In this document: positions 14,150-28,779 of the stretch, one piece after another
Numbering within the stretch: position 1 is the first letter of the stretch
Layout of the letters: each line of letters starts with the position of its first letter
Origin: Epiperipatus broadwayi
Taxonomy: Eukaryota; Animalia; Onychophora
Direction of reading: 5' to 3'
DNA: 64,000 bases
Assembly: GCA_028023455.1 (NCBI GenBank)
Contig: JAQFVV010000010.1
Location: forward strand, 11,098,001-11,162,000
Notes under the pieces: generated by a model
Database searches by the model: none
Seen by the model: the letters and a program-made list of their open reading frames with translations, nothing else
What the model was told of the DNA's origin: nothing
Program-made: the position numbers and the translations under genes

Positions 14150-15009
14150 AAATAACATTATTAATAAAGAATTTAGTTTGGTCAGATAGGATTCTATTGC
14201 ATTATTTACTAAAAAGTTTTAAAATTTAGAGTTCTTATTGTTTCAAGTGACTATAAAGTTCTTACGATTTTTAAAACATCCAACTTTATCTGTTGATTGC
14301 CATGAACGTGAATTCCCATGCCGTCCTAAAGAGATTGATATTCTGAAGGCTGATTTATTTATCCATCCAGAGGTTTTTGCTTTAACTGGTCCTCAATGTA
14401 GAAAACGATAGTTCATTTCTTCTTCTTTCTTAGCAGAACTGAAGGGATTGAAGAGTGCGTCTTTTCAATCCCTTCTCCTTCACTTCCACACTAACACATA
14501 TCTGTCACATCATAAATAATCAATAATCTAATAATTTTCAAACTTGTCCTTTTATATTAATTTGAAGGATTGAATTTACATTACGTCATTGATGCGATGG
14601 TCCTTTCGCTGAGGTCCGATTCCATAGGGATTTCTTTTTATTTGCTAAAAGTTTCTACTGTTTTCCTATCTGACCAATGTTTTTACATTTAAATGCCCAA
14701 GGCTGGTTTACATTTAACTAATTAAAACAATCATTTCCATTTCTGATTAATTAATGTGTTTTCCAAGATTAAAGATATATTTTTATCTCTAAATCTTTTT
14801 AGGTTTTTGTTTTTAAAATACCTTTCTATTTTTAATAAAGTTTTATTTTAATAATTTTTTTATTATCTGTGCGATTTATATATACGAGTTTAAGATGATA
14901 TTTAATTTCAATTTTTAATTCTTAAAGAAAATTTTTAAATGCAAACTTTTTATTTTTCTTTCATGATTAATAATAAAAAACAATGTAATGTACATATGTG
15001 CCCGTTACA
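14150..15009 (-). mobile_element. Reverse-oriented copy of the 2095 LTR-like family
   Basis: Ends GTTACA-(TA)n at 15009; the reverse complement is colinear with 2095-2860. Confidence 0.55.
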
Positions 15010-15387
15010 ATATATATATATATGAGAGAATAATTCCAAGCAAACAGAACTTGTGCAATGAGTTATTCATAAGAATTATTATTAATTTTCAAAAAATAAA
15101 AAATATAGTAATAAGTATATATATTAAACATCTAAAAAAAATCATACAGAGAAAAACTTACAAAGATTGATACAAAGAATATATTATAAATATAGGGAAT
15201 AGATATAAAAATTAATTACACTCATCCATAAATAAATAAATAATAACAATAATAAAAACAAAAAAATATCTTTAAATTATGTAATTGTACAAAACGTAAA
15301 TGAAAACCATAAACAGATATTACATTTTATAATAAACAATAATCCATATTAAACCACTAAACATCGCATAATCACCATATAAGCTGT

Positions 15388-15595
15388 TTACACAGAGACA
15401 AAACTCTCCATATAGTAGCGCCACTCAATGCAAACCACAGTAGTCAACGAATCTAGGAAGGTTTATGCATAAAGTCCTACCAAGTGCCTACCCATTGAAT
15501 AACTCCAGACTAGTTTCTAGCTTGTGGTTTTCATTAGCGAGGAGCCTTGGATCTGAAAGCACTGCATTTAGATCTTAAGATCTAATGCAATCCTC
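15388..15595 (-). mobile_element. Family A HHR-bearing repeat (core mutated to CTAATGA)
   Basis: Colinear with 41197-41385 and with the reverse complement of 16020-16225. Confidence 0.8.
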
Positions 15596-15837
15596 CAACA
15601 GCCACCTTTTTTTTAGCTAACTTTAAAGCTTTAAGTTCAAAATGAAAACACACTAATATTTTCAATTCAAGCTCATTCGCTTGTATACTCATATAGATTT
15701 GAACTTAATTCAGCATCGATACCTTTTTGTGTCTTTTGGTTCTATAATAACCACTGTCACCATAATACTATTGGGCAGTATTGGTATTAAATCATTAAAC
15801 ATCACATGAAACCCATTCTTTATGCTTACCCAAACTA

Positions 15838-16225
15838 TTTACACAGAGCCAAAACTATCCATACAGTAGTGCCACTCAGTTTAAGCCAGAATAATCAATG
15901 GATGCAGGAAGGGTTGTGCATAAAATCTTTATCTAGGACCTATTCATCCAGTATCACCAGATTAGTTTCTAGCTTGTGGCTTTCATCAGTGAGCTAAAAA
16001 GATAAAAGATGACTGCTGAATGGTTGCATTAGATCCTAACATTTAGGTGCAGTGCTCTCAGATCCAAGGCTCTTCACTGATGAATGCCACAAGCTAGAAA
16101 CTAGTCTGGGGATATTGGATGAGTAGGCACTAGATATGGATTTTATGCACAAACCCTCCTGCATCCATTGAATATTCTAGTTTGCACTCAGTGGTGCTAT
16201 GTATGGAGAGTTTTGCCTCTGTGAT
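15838..16225. mobile_element. Head-to-head inverted pair of family A repeats, each with a hammerhead motif
   Basis: 15838-15995 (-) and 16020-16225 (+) are reverse complements over ~155 bp. HHR motifs at ~15955-15994 (-) and 16072-16111 (+; GUC at 16104-16106; stem I cttca/tgggg). Confidence 0.8.
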
Positions 16226-17304
16226 AATTAATGTTTCTATTGACTTTGGATTATTTGAATTCACTTACATTCTTCAAGTTTTTTATTTTCACTGTAAGTT
16301 TTTTTACTTAGTATAATATAAAAATTATATAAATCTCTCAGATATGCCCTTATCTAGTTCATGGAATGAAAATTTAATTATAATGGAAAATGTTGGCACT
16401 ATATTTATATTCATTTTAACTGGATCTATGACATTAGATTCCTTTCTCCTTAGAAAACTTATTTATTTTCAGTGCTTTAACATTAAAAAGATTCAAAATT
16501 GCAGGCTTCTTTAAATTGAACATGTAATAGGCATTAAAAATGGTAATATAGTTGAAAATAAATTTGTTTAAAATTTTAAAGTTATGGATTTAGTAATTTT
16601 TATCTGGTATTAGATTTTTACATGTTCCTTCAGATTTGAAACTAGCATTTGGGACTAGACAATCTGCTTATAATTATTCCTCTAACAGCTAATGCCAAAG
16701 CAATATATTGGCTTAATATTTTTTGGGTAAACTTTATATAATTTTAAACACTTCCCGGATAAGTTCTAGTCATGCTAATTGTGTTAATATTGCTTAAAAT
16801 AAATATATTGTTCCTTTAGCACTGAATAAGTTTCAGATTATGACTTCTAAATACTTAAAAAACTTTTAAAGATTTTGTTACCTTCAAGATCTTTTTTTAA
16901 AAAATAAATCTTTGAAACTAATTCAATTTCATTTTTTTTGTGTGATTTGGTTTGATAAAAATGTAGATAATAATATATTATTTAGCTTAGAACAATTATT
17001 TTTTGATTAATTTTTAATATCTTTTGATATTAGTATTAAAACATAAATTTACATATGTACATGCAGGTATCTACAATCAATCAACATATATATTTTGCTA
17101 TAATATTTTATCAATTGCTACATAATAAAATATTAAGCCAATACCTGCATACATATATTTTAGCTCAGCTGCACTTATTCAACTGCTGTGAGAGAAGACA
17201 ATATCACATGATGAGAAAATCTTTATTTCTTATTTAAATATCCCTAATATGAACCATTTGATATTAAATCCCAAATCTTTAATTTAGTAGCTGTATTTCA
17301 TTAA

Positions 17305-17954
<650 letters not shown>

Positions 17955-20185
17955 AATCTTTTACATATACAAGGTATGCAATAAACAAATTAACAATACT
18001 GTAAATATATGTAACAAACTGAAATAATGTCAAAGTACTGTTTTCTATAACATTTCATTAATTGTCATATAATAATAAAATATTGCTTTGAAAAAAAAAA
18101 TCTGTATAGCTCTACTTTTTGCATGTATGAGCTTTGAAGAAATAGATGTAATATATGTCCTACTCATTAAACATAGAGAAATCATATTTATTAAAAGAGA
18201 GTTCATATTTTTAAAATTTTTTCTTCCTTTCCCATCTAATTTTTGAGCACTAACTACTTGTAAATAATTAGGAGTAATAATATTTTTGATCCTATAATTT
18301 CATTTTTTTAAAGTAAAACTAGATAAAATTTTGAGTTTTTACCTTAGTGATTTTTCTCAAAATGTTTATGCATAGCAATAGTTAATTAAATAATAGATAT
18401 CTGTAATCAAACATGGGTAAATTCTAAGCTTTTAAAATATGAAAGACTTCTTATCAGTAATAAATCTGATATATACTATACAATGTACATTTTTCAAAAC
18501 ATTTCTCAATTGTAAAGAATTAAATCTTTTATTTTACAACTTATAAATAAACTTTTTACATTATCATCTGTTAATTTCAGTTCAGTTGGAGCAGTTCTCT
18601 GATTGAGTGAAGCAGAATATATCTAGCATATATTCATAATGTAGACTTGTAAATGTACAATTCAAAAAGACAGCATGTTAAAATTATAGTAAAGAGTAAA
18701 ATTAGACTTTACAGTTTTTACAACATATACTATTCAGCATGCACAATTCAAAAATTATTCCTAAATAGTTATTATAATATTTTATTTTGGAAACTATCCA
18801 GATTTCTTTGACTATGAAACCTGTATTTATATTACTATCTAAAGAAATGTAATATATCAACAATAACGCGGAGTGGGTATATCCTTGAGTATAAATCTTT
18901 GGAAATATGAAGTAGATTTTCCTGTCTGCACTTTTTATGGTGTCAAATATTTTATGTAATGTTTTGAGAATAACTCATTGCACATATTTAAATATAATTA
19001 ATTTGCTCTCTAGCATGACAATACATTTTTAAAGGCATGTCATGTGTTGATGCCAGAGGGCAATTTAATAATTATATTTAACCAGTTGCAATGAATTAAT
19101 CCCAAAACATTATATATATATTGTAACCTCCCATAATGGCTCCAACCTCATCAGACAAATATAATAAAGTACACATAAAAGTAAAACAGAGGATAATAAC
19201 TTGCTTGATTAGCATAAGCATGAGTAGATATCAGGGAGGCTACAATGCACTATCGACTTTGCATCACATTAACCCCACATTTCCTATATCTAACATTAGA
19301 TAAAGGACATTGATTAAACTAATTTCCAATATCTAAAAACAAGATATTAAAAGACAAACACTTTTAACTTGCCATTCTACATGATGGTTAATAATCAGGA
19401 AGGCATTTATTTATGAGATGATTATGAAATTAGAAATATGGAATGAATGATAAATGAATAAAGATGTATAAGATTTAATGGGTGATGAACAGCAAATAAT
19501 AATTAATGAAAATGAATAATGAATGGACCTAAGAATGAGGAGAATATAACGGAAATGTGTTAGAGTAATGAATAGTTAAAATTGTGATAAAATAGGGGTT
19601 CAATGAAAATTAAATAAATTATGATGATGAAATAAGATGAAATGATGATGAAAATAAAAGAAAAAATATGACTGAACTATGATAACAATATTGGTAATGA
19701 TGAATGAGATCCTGAACTATCAATCTGATATTATTCCAAACAAAAGCAAAATACTATTGAAATAAAAGTGAAGGGGTTCTAAGCTTGACTAATTAAAGGA
19801 AAAAAAAAATTAGCTACTGAAAAAAAAGGGTTCTAAGTTTTAAAAACTAAAGAAGGGAGTTTAAATCCTGAGATTTTAATGAATCAAATAAACAATAAGA
19901 ATAAAAATAAGAGATCAAGGTGATGCATATCAAATAAGAAATGAAAACTAAAGTTAAACTACTAATCAATAATTTAATTTCTCAGGGTGCATATAATTTG
20001 AAATGTCACTACTTTTACAAGATATATCTGGATCAGTAAGAGAGATTTTATTAATATAGAACACAAAGGTGACTCATAATACATAAATGAAATTAATAAA
20101 GAATATATATATATATGTTGAAACGATTTTCACGGGGTGCATATATAAAAGACATATTTTGCTGGTTCATCCATGTTAAAAAATT

Positions 20186-21140
20186 TTAATTATTGATATT
20201 CCGACATTTCGACTTGGTCACACAAGTCATCCACTGGGTGGTAAAAGGTAGAAAGATGGTTGTAGAGGTACTACAATCACTGATTTGAATAAACATTAAA
20301 GTTCCACCAATTTCAAAAATGTTAAATTTAAGAATGTTTTTTTTTTTAAAAATCCAAATAGGAAATTTGCATGTATCATCTCGCTTATTGATACAATCTG
20401 GCCTTTTAAGTATCTCAATGGCTTCTCTAATTTTGCACTGGTAGAGATTATCACATCTGGATATAATCCTGGTAATAGAAAAACCAATTTTATGACCTGA
20501 ATCTATAGTATGGAGTGAGAGTGCTGATGATGATGAGTATTGTTTAACTGCATTAGCATGCTCATCTCTCCTAACACTGATGCAATGATTACTCATACAT
20601 ATGTAAGAATCTTTACAATTTTTACATAAGATTTGATAAACACTATGAGATTCAAGAGGGATTGAATCCTTAGGCTTGGTTATTATATTGCTGATCTTTT
20701 AATGAGTAGAAAATGCTGTATCTATATTATAGCATTTTAATATATGTCCAATACTGTCTGTAGTTCTTTTTACATATCGAACACAAATCCTAATAGCTGA
20801 TTTATCATCTTGTTGTTTCCTATTTTGTCCATTTTGGGCTTGAAATAAGGCTTTTTTTATATATAAATTTATAATTATAACTATTTGCTAATAAAACCCT
20901 GTTAATATGATTTATTTCTTCTTTCAGATGTGACTTATCTGAAAGGTTAATTGCTCTATTTAAAAGTGTTTTGGCTACAGAAACTATCTGAGTTGGGTGA
21001 TGATGAGAATGTAAATGTAAATAACTGTCCATGTGTGTATTCTTTCTGTATGCACCCTCATATTAAATTTACAATGGAGACAGAGTCTGATGGAAAACTC
21101 CCTTTTCTTGATGTTCTAGTCACCAGAACACTTATATCTT
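20186..21140 (-). mobile_element. Penelope-like element fragment (RT thumb + GIY-YIG) with inverted 5' piece
   Basis: Minus strand: DSYLHLHSHH..VAKTLLNRA..NSY (20820-21032) and SALSLHTIDSGH..KIREAIEILK..INKRD (20186-20596). Plus strand: HPHIKFTMETESDGKLPFLDVLVTR (~21050-21128). A decayed HHR (GACTTG/CAAGTC stem then GAAA) lies at ~20201-20236. Confidence 0.88.
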
Positions 21141-21149
21141 GAACTAATA

Positions 21150-21430
21150 CCAGATTTCCATAATTTAAATTGACATAATTCATTTTTATATTGATTGATT
21201 CCATAGTTGATTTATATAATTCATTTTATATTGATTGATTCCATAATTGATTTATATTATTCATTTTTATATTAATTGATTCCATAATTTAAATTTATAT
21301 AATTTATTTTATATTGATTGATTTTCATAGTCGATTTGCATAATCTATTTTTATGATTTATTTCCATATTTCACTTACATGATTGGGTTCCTTGATCGAT
21401 TTCTATGATTATTGTCCATGGTTTATTTCC
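21150..21430. repeat. ~40-bp degenerate tandem repeat
   Basis: Unit ttgattgattccatagttgatttatataattcattttata starts at 21191, 21231 and 21272, then decays. Confidence 0.85.
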
Positions 21431-23314
21431 ATAGTTTACTTTGGCAAAAATGTAATAGATTTAAAATTATTAATTAAATTTGGGCAAACAGATGATATAA
21501 ATTAGAATAAGATGAGAGAAAATAGTTAATTTAGGTATATTAAATTTAGTCATTTGGTTCATTGCAATGTTGTGAATATTGGGAGCAGACATAAAATCCC
21601 TTTCCTGCTTTCAGTATTTAATATGATTGCCACTGGTAAATTGACATTAAAGTTTAATTTAGAAAATTTTGGGATCATATCCATTGCAATGTAATCGTTC
21701 ATAATTGCACCTCGTTGGCAAATTTAGACCTTGAGAAGGAGTATTTCGATTATTAAATCTAAGAGCTAGCTTGGAAGTCAAGTAGTGCAGGTATTAAAAT
21801 TCAGGAAATATTATTATAATAAAGATCATGAATTGATAGTCGATTGGAAGGCTTGTATGTGTGTTTAAGAGAATAGGATTAAGAATTATCAGTTAAGAAT
21901 ATATAAAGAACATAACAGACATTCAATGTTTTATAATTGTAACTATTGAGAGTGATAGATACTGAGAACAAAAAATAAAGTAGTAGGATTAAATGGATAG
22001 GATTTATTTATAACATTTCTTTATCCTACTTTAAATTAAATAATAATTTTATATTATAAACATAAGTCAGGAGTTCTCTGCATCGATTACTAAATTATTT
22101 TTTAATCATATGTGAATTAGAAATGTATACAACATTTTCGTAGTTACCACTCGTTGTCTCATTATTATTCATTTAGTAATAAGAATTTGTCACAGAAACA
22201 TTTGCATAATTGTTGCTAAGTTTGAAACCAAGACCACAATAAATTGAGTTGTATTTATCAACATTATATTTTTTTTGAGAGACAATTTAATTACTTTCTC
22301 CATTGTCTTCTATAGTCATAAGCATGGATGATGATGATGATCTCTAGTGGGCATTATGATTTATAGTTGCAATTTGGCACCCAGGTATACTTAGTCTTAT
22401 TATTAATATCGCGAAGAAAATACACTGGCCGTCCTTGTTCGATCCCAAGGTTAGATTCAATCGACTAGCTAATTGAAATGAAATATAAAGTAGAGGTCAC
22501 ACAAAGTGAATTCTGAAATGGAATGAAAGGAAGTAGAGGTTACACACATAGACAGTGAAGTTTGGCGCATGTAAAGTGAAGTTAATAAATGAAATAAAGT
22601 TGAGGTCACAATATATATATATAAGTGTAAACAAAAAAATCTATATCACATTTCCAAAAGATTTCTGTTTGGGGTCTATCCACTCCATGTTATTCTTGAC
22701 AATTTTAGGTTTCTTCAGAATTATTTTTTACTTATTTTTAATTTTCATTACAGTTTGACATTTAAATCAAATTCTGCTTTTCATTTGAATAAAGTAAGTC
22801 ATTTATAAAATAATCAAATTAATTTTATTAAATAGATTAGGATCTCCTTTCTTTATATTTAAGTTCTTCTCCAAATAAAAAGTGGAATAAATCTGCAGTA
22901 GGCCATTATGATTATTGATAGTAATTTGTCATGTTTCCCTCTCAAACATAATTTAACATCTCGGAGTTTATATCTATTTCACAAATTTGAATAAGAGTTT
23001 CACATCATTAAGTGAAGAACTAGCAAGCAATGGTACATTATTGCTATTGTTATTATCATTTAATCATAATACCTTAGGGTAGAGTTACTCTATTGACTTT
23101 ATGCAAAACTTTCCACACATACCTTACAAATATACATATTCTTTCTGCATTCTAATATTTGTTGACTGTTAACGTCTCTCTGAATAAGAACTTTACTAAA
23201 AACAAACATCTATATTTTTTATTTAAAAAATAAAATGTCTTATGCATTTTCTTGCACATAGAATTACTTACTATGTCTTTATTAATAATAACATTTAAAA
23301 CAATTTTATTGTAG

Positions 23315-23925
23315 GTGGTAAAGGAAATACTTTTGAAGGTGGATTTCGAGTTCCTGCTATTGCTTGGTGGCCAAATCATATTTTTCCAGGACAAATTTCT
23401 CATAGTGTGGTATCCAGTATAGATGTACTTCCCACAATTGTTGATTTAGTTGGTGCTAATCTGCCTGATAATCGAATGATTGATGGGAAAAGTATAGTAT
23501 CCATTTTATTTGGGCAAAACAATGTTAGTCCTCATAAAATTATTTATTTCTACTGCTCAGACAGAATAATGGCTGTAAGATATGGTGACTTAAAACTACA
23601 TTATTACACTCAGAAATTAGCCAATGAATCTACTATAGAACGGAACTGTCAAAATGGTGTGCCAAAAGAAAGTAAATATATATCCTACAATTGCAAAGGA
23701 AAAACTGTTCAAGCACATAATCCTCCTTTAATATATAATTTATCATCTGACCCCAAAGAAAGCTTATTATTGGACTCTCAGAATTATAAGAACATTTTAT
23801 TAGAAGTTGATCAAATTATTACTGAACATAACAAAAATCTTATTTCTTTATCAGAACTTGGAAAAAGTAATCCAGATTTACAACCATGTTGTCAACCCCC
23901 ATTATGTCACTGCAATTATGATTAG
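23315..23925 (+). CDS. Terminal coding exon of an arylsulfatase (steryl-sulfatase/ARSA-like family)
   Basis: Acceptor ttttattgtag at 23314, then GGKGNTFEGGFRVPAIAWWP..SSIDVLPT..IDGKS..AVRYGDLKLHY..LIYNLSSDPKE..LQPCCQPPLCHC-stop. These are typical C-terminal arylsulfatase motifs and the frame is open. Upstream exons were not found. Confidence 0.92.
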
Positions 23926-24486
23926 TTTGATAAATATATAAGGAATCTGTAAATTAAAATATTATTATTGTGAAATATGAATTTCAAAGCTTTTATAGAT
24001 TTTTTAAATTGTTGATTTGAATGGGTTAAAAAACTGCACACGGTATTTTAACAAAAGATTACATAACTAATTTCTAGTTCACGTACGTAGAATTGAATAC
24101 ATTAATGTAACAAAATTTTAAATCACATTTTAAAAAAAAAACTTTTCTTACAATCTACTTAGCACATGAAAATTTATAAAACTGAGAGTTGGCAAAATCT
24201 TTTCTGACCAATGGAGATAAATGCATATGATATTAACTATAAAAAAATCATATTGTTAGTAACTGAAGAAGTGTTCAAACACTAAAATGACATAAATACA
24301 AGCTTTATTCAAATGGCCAAGGGATTTATATTTTTGATCTGGGAATTGATCTTGGAAATAAAGCTATTGAATCGATCGTGCATGTGACTTTGCTAAATTA
24401 CATAGAGAGGGCATTTTAAAAATAAAAATGACTTGAAATTGTTATAATACTTTTATTATTAAGAGACATTTCAATTAATCATCTTT

Positions 24487-24597
24487 TTTTTTCCATATGT
24501 CATAGAATCGGCCTGGAAGTGAACCCGCAACAACTGTCTGCAACCAACTACGTGCTTGCAAGGCCGCTGTGCTGTCCTCTCGGCTAACAACGCTTGA
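24487..24597 (-). mobile_element. tRNA-Gly-derived SINE with 15-bp target-site duplication
   Basis: Reverse complement resembles 7802-7910. caattaatcatcttt is repeated at 24472-24486 and 24598-24612. Confidence 0.8.
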
Positions 24598-27500
24598 CAA
24601 TTAATCATCTTTATCTATTCAAATATATGTTTTAAATGAAGTATTTTGTTGCATTTCCAGAGAGTTAAATCATCAACTTCTGTCATTAAAAACACATTTA
24701 TTTATTTCAACGATATAATTTTTTCCGTTTAATGTTCTATTTTTACATTTTGATATATATCAGCAAATATTTGAACACTATAAGAGCATTGCTTAATTTC
24801 ATATAAAAATGTGTTTAAACTTTGATATGTAATATTTTTTAAATGCATCAATTAATAACATAATTATATATAGGGTAGCTGGCATATGTGACTATACTGT
24901 ATCCACAGCAATATGCACATCACTATGATGTATTACTTCAGATATATGAAAGAATTTTAAACGAAGCTTTACCAAATAATTTAAAGAATAGTCTATAATT
25001 TTAATTATTATTTTGTTTCGATTATTTATAACCATACTATGATCGACAATAACCAAATTCTGTATATTTTATTAAATCATACTTGTTTTACAAAGAAAAA
25101 CTAATATAAGTAAAATGTTAACAATATTAAAATTGAACTCATGTTAAAAGATGTATGGATGATTAAAAGTTTATAGTAAAGGTTTACCTTCACCTTGGAT
25201 TCCAATATGAATGGATACTGATGTTAAATTCATTTGTGGGTCTTCATTTTTAAAATGGAATCACTGTCTGTTAGATTATTTAATATTCAATTACTTGGTT
25301 ATATACTTTTAAAGTTGAATGGTCCATTATTTGATTATGTTTTTCAAGTCTAACACAAGCAGGACATTTTTAATTTTGTAATTAAGATAATCATATAAAA
25401 TGACGAACGTTAACAACAATGCTTTATCCCTTGGAAATAGTTATTTTTTAGGTTCATTTTGTAAATTTGAACTTATAGTTTGTTTTTTTTTTATTGATAC
25501 TAGACTACAAATTTAATTATCAACTTTTTTAAAAATATTAAAATTATAATCTGTTTACATATCAATAATAAAAAAATATTTTTTATTTAAAAATAATATT
25601 AATTTCTTTAATTAACACTTTCAAAAGATGATTTTGTTCGAAATAGAAGAGAGAAAATATTGATTTCATTTTCTTGGAATACTTTAGAATGATTTTAAAT
25701 ATCTTTTCTAACTCTTCTCTAAATATTGTTATGTATGTAAATCTTTGGAAAAATCAGTCTATTAATCTGTGCTTAGAATTTTAATTTCCAAATGGATTAC
25801 TCCATCATGTGGATTTAATGTTAAGTGTATATTATTAAAATTATTGCCAGTAAAATGTCTGTAATCTTTGGATGCTGCTTCAAAAGTATGATACGTCCAA
25901 ACATAATGTTTTGAACAGTGCATCGAATTTGGGGTTGAATTTTATTCTGAAATTATGGAATTATTTGCTTTATAGTTATTATTGTTGTAATTATAATATT
26001 AATAAAGGTCTCAAGAAAATGCCGATATATAAAAAGGTACAGGTAACTATCTTATATTATATTAATGAGATGTAGGTATAAATGTAATGTCTGTTATAAT
26101 ATTTTGTACTGGAGATAGGCTGCATTAAGTTAAATTGATTTATAAACCCCATAGCCCATTATGTTTAACTTACTTTGTTTTACTATTTCTTGTTCTTAGC
26201 CTAACATTATACAATCATAAACATCCTGAATAAGTAATTAAATAATCAGGAATATTTTCCCTCATTGTGCCTAGTAAAGATTATATATATAATTTGATAA
26301 TTACTTTACCATGCAGCAAAACACTTGTGGTATTAATAATTCTAGATTTTATTTATTGGTAGACATTTACTCCTAACTAAAAATTAAAACCATAACATAT
26401 AAACTAGACAATGTAGCAAGTCATGCACTAAGAGATACAATAGTCAGATTTTATGAATTAATGTACTTATACAACATTGATACAACTACTAGATAAATAA
26501 TTTGCTTGTTCCTAAAAAGGATTAAGGAATTGACCAATCTTAGAAATGAAATTGCTGATGGAGTAATCACTGTGAAATGCATTGAATGAATAGCATACAA
26601 CCCTCTCCAATAGAGGTTTTGTATTTGCAACACTTTATTAACTACAACCATAACCCAATGGCAGATTATTTAAAAAGAACAAATAATAATATTTGTAATT
26701 ATTTTTGCAAAGAACTTTTGATATTAGAAGTATGGTTATTGTTCACTAATATTTTGTTGTTTTGCTTTTATATAATTTTTATTAATAATAAAGCAGTTGT
26801 TATATTTATAATACAGTTGTCTCTCATTTCTGAAATCATCATCTTTTACACATTATCAAAATAAAAAAGGACATATTTCCATTTTTTAAAATTAATTTTG
26901 TTTATTAAATCCATTTGTATTTATTATTTCTATCTCTAGTTGAAATACAGAATTCAATAAGATATGGTGAGGTGCAACAAAATCCCTTTGATACATTAAT
27001 CATATCTTGGATAAGTTAATCCTAAAATTAAATTTTATATTTCATTAAGTACATAATTTAATTAGATTTATCTAAGAACCCTGAAAGAATTAAGTGATTT
27101 AACCTTATCTTTAATATGGGAATAAGAAACTGTATCTGAATAAAAATACTCAGCTTATAGTAAGTCTTTATCCATTGTACATTGAAATACAGCCAGTGCA
27201 CATAAAACATATTAAGATTATTTTGGTAAATCCATATATATACTCTAAAGTATTTAACCATTGTAATATTTATACATATCATGATTTTATATAATTATTT
27301 TTGTTGTTAGAGGAATAAAACAATTGTATGTTCATTTTAGTTACTGTTTATAAAGGTACATCTATACAAATGCACTCATCTGCCTAATTGTGACCTAAGA
27401 TTTGGGTTACAATATATATTGCAATGATAACTTTGTTCTTAGCTGCAAAAGTAGTAGAATATACAAATAAAATAATATGAGGTTAAAAATTATTTATCTA

Positions 27501-28461
27501 GAACTCATAACTCTTATAAATATTCACTTACTTAGCTACTATACGTTCCAGTCATAACACATAGGAGAGCATGTTCTTGGAGCTTTGGGGGGTTATTCTA
27601 GGGGTTGTATTGTAGTATTTATTAGTTTATTTTATTAATAAGTATTATGTATAAGATGTATACAATTTGTGTTTTTCATGAAATAATAAAAATATTTTTA
27701 TTCCATTATTATTATAGTAAATGTATGAAATAATAATAAATAAGTTTGGAAATGAAAAAAATAATTTTATTAATGAAAAAAATAAAATAAATCAATTAAT
27801 AAGCACAAAAATAACTCATCAAAATCTTCTCCAGGAATTTCCTTTCTAGAGTACTTTTCACTTTAAAGACTGCAATAAAAATTTGAATGCTTTCTTTTTT
27901 TTCAAATTCATATTATAACTTTTCGTATACAAGAGAATTATTTTTATTTCTAGATAGGTTTTCTAGAAATAATTTTAAATACTTTATTATTATAGAATAT
28001 AATAGAGTTTATACACCAAAAAATTCAAGTTTCAATATTATATTTCTATCATTGTTCTATGCATAAGAAAAATAATATCATTTCTAACAAGTTTGAAAAT
28101 AGTTTTTATTCTTTAATCTTTCTTTAAAAGTTCATAAATATTTTTTTCGTATGCTTATATTGAAATTCAATGAAACAATATTAAAGCATGCAATTCTGAC
28201 TTTAAAAAAATGCTTTACCACCATCTGCAGAACTTTTCTTCTCTTCAATATTTTTTTCTTTTCAATATCATTAAATGAAAAGCTAGAAGTAATTATATAA
28301 GGTGTTCATATCCTTATTTCTTTAAGTATTAATTTACAAAGTTCCATTCATTAATAGTAGTTTTAGAACAAATCTAAAAGGGCATTGATTAGATAATTGC
28401 ACTAGGGTTAAAAATAATGAATTATTTACCTTAACTTAGTACTTCATTTTTTGTATAAACC

Positions 28462-28779
28462 TGTTGTGTTTGGTTAGGCTTGCAGGTTCGTTTCCAAACC
28501 AACAGATACAAAAAGAACAACTATTCAGAAATTAATATGTACAATTTATTAGTATAAAATATATACACACATTAGTTAAACAAATGTACAAATACAGTTG
28601 ATATGCTTCAATGCTGAGATAGTCGTGCGGAGTAAGGAACTCGCTTCCAGCTAATAATACACGGATTCAGTGTGCGAACCCCAGTGAAGGTTTTAATCCC
28701 TTGGATAGCAACTGGGTGCTAGACAATCAGGCAAGTAATCTGGAATAGTCCACTTTTGAAGGCAAGGTCAGATATGACA
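28462..28779 (-). mobile_element. Solo LTR (318 bp)
   Basis: TG...CA termini, 5-bp TSD AAACC on both sides, and AATAAA on the minus strand. Confidence 0.85.

Larger units (their letters stand above)
19122..22611. mobile_element. Putative element bounded by TGTAACCTC...GAGGTCACA in (TA)n, with a nested Penelope fragment
   Basis: 9-bp imperfect inverted termini, each abutting (TA)n. Three subterminal agaggt(c/t)aca-like repeats at 22490-22611. The class is not established. Confidence 0.4.
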
